Below, piece by piece: positions 60,735 through 64,000 of a stretch of 64,000 nt of DNA (positions are counted from its first letter, which is position 1; every line of letters starts with the position of its first letter). A model generated the notes under the pieces. It ran no database searches. It was not told where the DNA came from and saw nothing but the letters and a program-made list of their open reading frames with translations. Where the stretch lies: NCBI GenBank assembly GCA_963662285.2, contig CAXXMV010000001.1, forward strand, positions 736,001-800,000, read 5' to 3'. The position numbers and the translations under genes are program-made. Source of the stretch: a bacterium. GTDB taxonomy: Bacteria > Hinthialibacterota > Hinthialibacteria > Hinthialibacterales > Hinthialibacteraceae.

Positions 60735-62162
60735 ATGCCTGTTCCTACTGCTGCACTAGTCAGTAATTCACAAATGGGAAAAAAATCTCCTACTGAATCA
60801 CATATTCAGGTAGATCCCCAATGGGCCTGGAAACCATATGAACCTTGTGCGGAGCAGCCCTGGAATTTGCGGTGGGCGGGGCACCTATACCGGCGAGCCG
60901 CTTTTGGCGCAACGTGGAAGCAACTGCAACAAGCATTAGCCGATGGACCACAGAAAACAGCAGACCACCTCCTACGTCCTCAGGTCGATATCAATGGTTT
61001 TGATCAAGAATTGGGCGAATACGAATCTTCGGCGGCCAAGTCAGAATCCGCCGAAGGGATACGGGCGTGGTGGTTACGCCGGATGATTCAGACTCCTCAC
61101 CCACTGTTGGAAAAGATGACTTTGTTCTGGCATGGCCATTTTGCCTTGAGTAATACCAGCGTAAAAAACGCCCAATTAATGTATCAATACATTTGCTTAT
61201 TACGCCAAAACGCAATGGGCAGTTATGAATCATTATTCGATGGAATTGCACACAATCCGGCGATGCTTATTGCTCTCGATTCTGAAAAGAATCGTAAAGC
61301 CCAACCCAATGAGAACTTCGCCCTCGAACTGCTTCAAGCATTTGGTCTGGGGCCATCCCATTTCACCGAAAATGACGTCAGGGAAACTGCCCGCGCTTTT
61401 ACCGGATGGTTCGTGATGAAGAATCAAAGCCGATTTATTCCCAGGGAACACGACGCAGGATCAAAAAAGATTCTCGGCGAAGAAGGAAATTTCACCAGTA
61501 AGGATGCTATACAAACCGTGCTCAGGCAACCAGCCGCTTCCCGGTTTGTGATTCGGAAACTCTACCGCTGGTTTATATCTGAAATTGAGTATCCACCTGA
61601 TCCTCTTATGGCGCCATTAGAGGAGTCATTCGCAAAAGATTATGATATTGAAAAACTGGTAAGCACGATGCTCCGTTCGAATATTTTCTTTTCACAAACC
61701 GCTTACCGGAAACGTATAAAAAGCCCTGTGGAATTTGCTTTAGGGATTATTCAGGGAATGGAAGCAAATGTATCAACCACCAAACTAGGTCAGGATTTGG
61801 CAGCGCTAGGCCAGAATTTATACCATCCTCCCACTATCAAAGGATGGCCGGGAGGACGTCATTGGATCAATAGCGCAACATTACTGAGCCGTTGCAATCT
61901 AGCCAATGCGCTGCTTTCGGATAAAAGTCTTTATGGCGGCAAACTCTCCCCGTTGGCGATTGCAAAGAAACATGGTTTTTCTAAACCTGATTCGACATGT
62001 AAATTCTTACTGGATTTGTACTTGCAGGGAGATTTGGATTCAGAGGCTCGCGAGAGTCTGCTGAAAAGAGTACCGCAATCGACGGAAGCGAACGATTATT
62101 CGTTGGAATTGAACCAGTATGCTCAGCAGATTTTTTCATTGCCCGAATATCAGTTAGTTTAA
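60735..62162 (+). CDS. DUF1800 family protein
   Basis: HLYRRAAFG, LLEKMTLFWHGHF, PNENFA.ELL, ARAFTGW, KSPVE, PP..KGW, PEYQL. Confidence 0.92.
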   Translation: MPVPTAALVSNSQMGKKSPTESHIQVDPQWAWKPYEPCAEQPWNLRWAGHLYRRAAFGATWKQLQQALADGPQKTADHLLRPQVDINGFDQELGEYESSAAKSESAEGIRAWWLRRMIQTPHPLLEKMTLFWHGHFALSNTSVKNAQLMYQYICLLRQNAMGSYESLFDGIAHNPAMLIALDSEKNRKAQPNENFALELLQAFGLGPSHFTENDVRETARAFTGWFVMKNQSRFIPREHDAGSKKILGEEGNFTSKDAIQTVLRQPAASRFVIRKLYRWFISEIEYPPDPLMAPLEESFAKDYDIEKLVSTMLRSNIFFSQTAYRKRIKSPVEFALGIIQGMEANVSTTKLGQDLAALGQNLYHPPTIKGWPGGRHWINSATLLSRCNLANALLSDKSLYGGKLSPLAIAKKHGFSKPDSTCKFLLDLYLQGDLDSEARESLLKRVPQSTEANDYSLELNQYAQQIFSLPEYQLV

Positions 62163-62181
62163 CAATAGACTGGAGGACGCC

Positions 62182-63429
62182 ATGTCCAGTACAAGACGTA
62201 CATTTTTAAAATCATCCCTCGGCGCCGCAACGTTATTTTCACTTCATCCGTTTGTTCCAGCGTTTCTCAGCGGAACAGCCAATGCAGCGGTAAATCAAAA
62301 AACAAACTCAGATAAAGTTATGGTCGTGCTGCAACTTTCGGGGGGGAACGATGGATTGAACACAGTGGTTCCTTATGCCGACGATGAATATGCGCGTAGC
62401 CGGACAACGTTGCGCCTTTCTTCGACTGATGTTCACAAAATAGATTCTTACCTGGGCTTCCATCCTGAAATGAAAGCCCTTTCACAGCTTTATCAAGATG
62501 GTTTGCTGAGCATCATTCAGGGGGTGGGGTATCTCAATTCCAATCGTGATCATGCCATCGCCATAAGAGATTGGCATACTGGCCGACCTCATCAGGCCTC
62601 TTGTCAGACCGGATGGTTCGGGAGAGCGATTGATCATGCTTGCCATCGGGATGGTATTGATCTTCCTGGGATTTTAGTAGGAAATATCTCGCCGCCCCTG
62701 GGGATCAATGCGGAAAAAGCAATTGTTCCTTCGATCCGCTCTATCGATGAATTGACGCTCCATTTATCTAACAATGTAGATCAGCAATCATCTGTTAATG
62801 GCAGTATTTCTAATAGCGAAACAGATAATCCAATTTTAGATTTTTTAAGGCAAAGCAAGGTAAATGCTTTTAATAAAAGTAAAAAAATCGCGGCGATGGC
62901 CCAATCCCAAAAAATGAATGTGGAATATCCACCTTTTCAACTAGCTCATTCGTTACGAACCGTTGCTCAACTAATCCGTGCAGATGTTGGCATCAAAATG
63001 TATTACACTGAACTCGGTGGAGATGGATTTGGCGGCTTTGATAATCACGCCAGCCAACGCGATAACCATGCCGCTTTGCTTCGCCAGTTATCTGAATCGG
63101 TTGCTGCGTTTATGAAAGATCTACAATACGATAATATTCTTGATAACGTTTTATTAATCACTTTTTCCGAATTTGGACGGACTGTTAAAGAAAACGGAAG
63201 GCGTGGTACCGGACATGGAATAGCAGCACCTATGCTTATGGCAGGAGGAAATGTCAAAGGTGGGCTGATCGGTTCACATCCCAGCCTTACTGATCTTGAT
63301 AATGATGCATTAAAATTCCACACTGACTTTCGTCAAGTTTATGCATCAATTCTAGATCAATGGCTCGGTTTGGATTCTCAAGTAGTTTTAGGTGGTCAAT
63401 ATGAACCTCTGAATATCTTGAAAGCATAA
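62182..63429 (+). CDS. Tat-exported DUF1501 family protein
   Basis: TRRTFLK; LSGGNDGLNTVVP, GFDNH..Q, SEFGR, DFRQVY. Confidence 0.92.
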   Translation: MSSTRRTFLKSSLGAATLFSLHPFVPAFLSGTANAAVNQKTNSDKVMVVLQLSGGNDGLNTVVPYADDEYARSRTTLRLSSTDVHKIDSYLGFHPEMKALSQLYQDGLLSIIQGVGYLNSNRDHAIAIRDWHTGRPHQASCQTGWFGRAIDHACHRDGIDLPGILVGNISPPLGINAEKAIVPSIRSIDELTLHLSNNVDQQSSVNGSISNSETDNPILDFLRQSKVNAFNKSKKIAAMAQSQKMNVEYPPFQLAHSLRTVAQLIRADVGIKMYYTELGGDGFGGFDNHASQRDNHAALLRQLSESVAAFMKDLQYDNILDNVLLITFSEFGRTVKENGRRGTGHGIAAPMLMAGGNVKGGLIGSHPSLTDLDNDALKFHTDFRQVYASILDQWLGLDSQVVLGGQYEPLNILKA

Positions 63430-63459
63430 ATGTATTTTCATCAATGGAGTTAATCAGAT

Positions 63460-64000
63460 ATGAAAGATCAAGACCGGCCTTTGGTCGCCGCCCATCTCTC
63501 TTTCCGAAAGTCACGCAATTCGTTTAAGGATTTAGATTTACGCCAGCGTTTCGAGAAGATTCACCAGACCAACTTATGGCAAGCGGAAACGTCGCGCTCC
63601 GGACCTGGATCGGAAGAAGAAACTACCGCCAAAATCCGTCAGGAACTGCCTCTTCTGCTTAAGAGCCTGGACGTTAAATCACTACTCGACGCGCCTTGCG
63701 GCGATGCTTCGTGGATCATGAAATGCAACCTCGGCATTGAATATACCGGATTGGATATCGTACCCGATTTGATTAACGATCTTAAACAGAAATCATCAGC
63801 GGATTTGATCAAAGGACGCTTTGATCTGGCCGACCTGACGGTTGATCCGCTCCCCAAAGCGGATGCTATTTTGTGCCGTGATTGTTTAGTGCATTTCTGT
63901 TTTTCTAACATCAAAAAAGCCATAACCAATTTCAAGCGATCCGGCGCGCAGTTTTTGATCACTACAACATTTACTGAATGGAATACCAACCATGAGATCG
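63460..64000 (+). CDS. Class I SAM-dependent methyltransferase (runs off window end)
   Basis: Manual translation: F..I...NLW....SRSGPGS, LLDAPCGD..W, YTGLDIV, LCRDCLVH. Confidence 0.85.
   Translation, partial: MKDQDRPLVAAHLSFRKSRNSFKDLDLRQRFEKIHQTNLWQAETSRSGPGSEEETTAKIRQELPLLLKSLDVKSLLDAPCGDASWIMKCNLGIEYTGLDIVPDLINDLKQKSSADLIKGRFDLADLTVDPLPKADAILCRDCLVHFCFSNIKKAITNFKRSGAQFLITTTFTEWNTNHEI

Noticed and set aside
63639-63989. 116 aa minus-strand ORF
   Set aside because: Antisense to the methyltransferase on the + strand

Overview
Bacterial chromosomal window with AT-rich intergenic DNA, from a flagellated diderm. Its gene style (pilin-like protein with SxGPD/YDPTNG motifs, Thr/Pro-rich FG-GAP protein, secreted proteins ending in a (V/I)xxWxx(Y/F) tail) suggests a Sumerlaeota/Ca. 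Hinthialibacterota-like lineage; this is inference only. Housekeeping genes: rarA, birA, dnaB, xerD, era, coaX, lepB, hemW, rpsU, valS. Other content: a sigma54-preceded flgF-G-A-H-I-J-N operon, an exbB-exbD-TPR-vWA cluster, carbohydrate-related and secreted enzymes, a DUF1800/DUF1501 pair, three toxin-antitoxin loci and several REP-like repeat families. Most notable observations: (1) a 1.6 kb integrase-less islet bounded by a perfect 60 bp duplication of the xerD 3' end, carrying an attC site and a DUF4160/DUF2442 pair whose second gene now ends in the XerD C-terminus; (2) an ~860 bp hemW-divergent region with a sigma54 promoter and a structured RNA with two identical CsrA-type ACGGAG loops ahead of an unknown membrane protein; (3) a shared C-terminal aromatic tail on two unrelated secreted proteins, a candidate sorting signal; (4) a nested MITE inserted in a REP. 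All calls come from reading the sequence by eye; no database searches were run.
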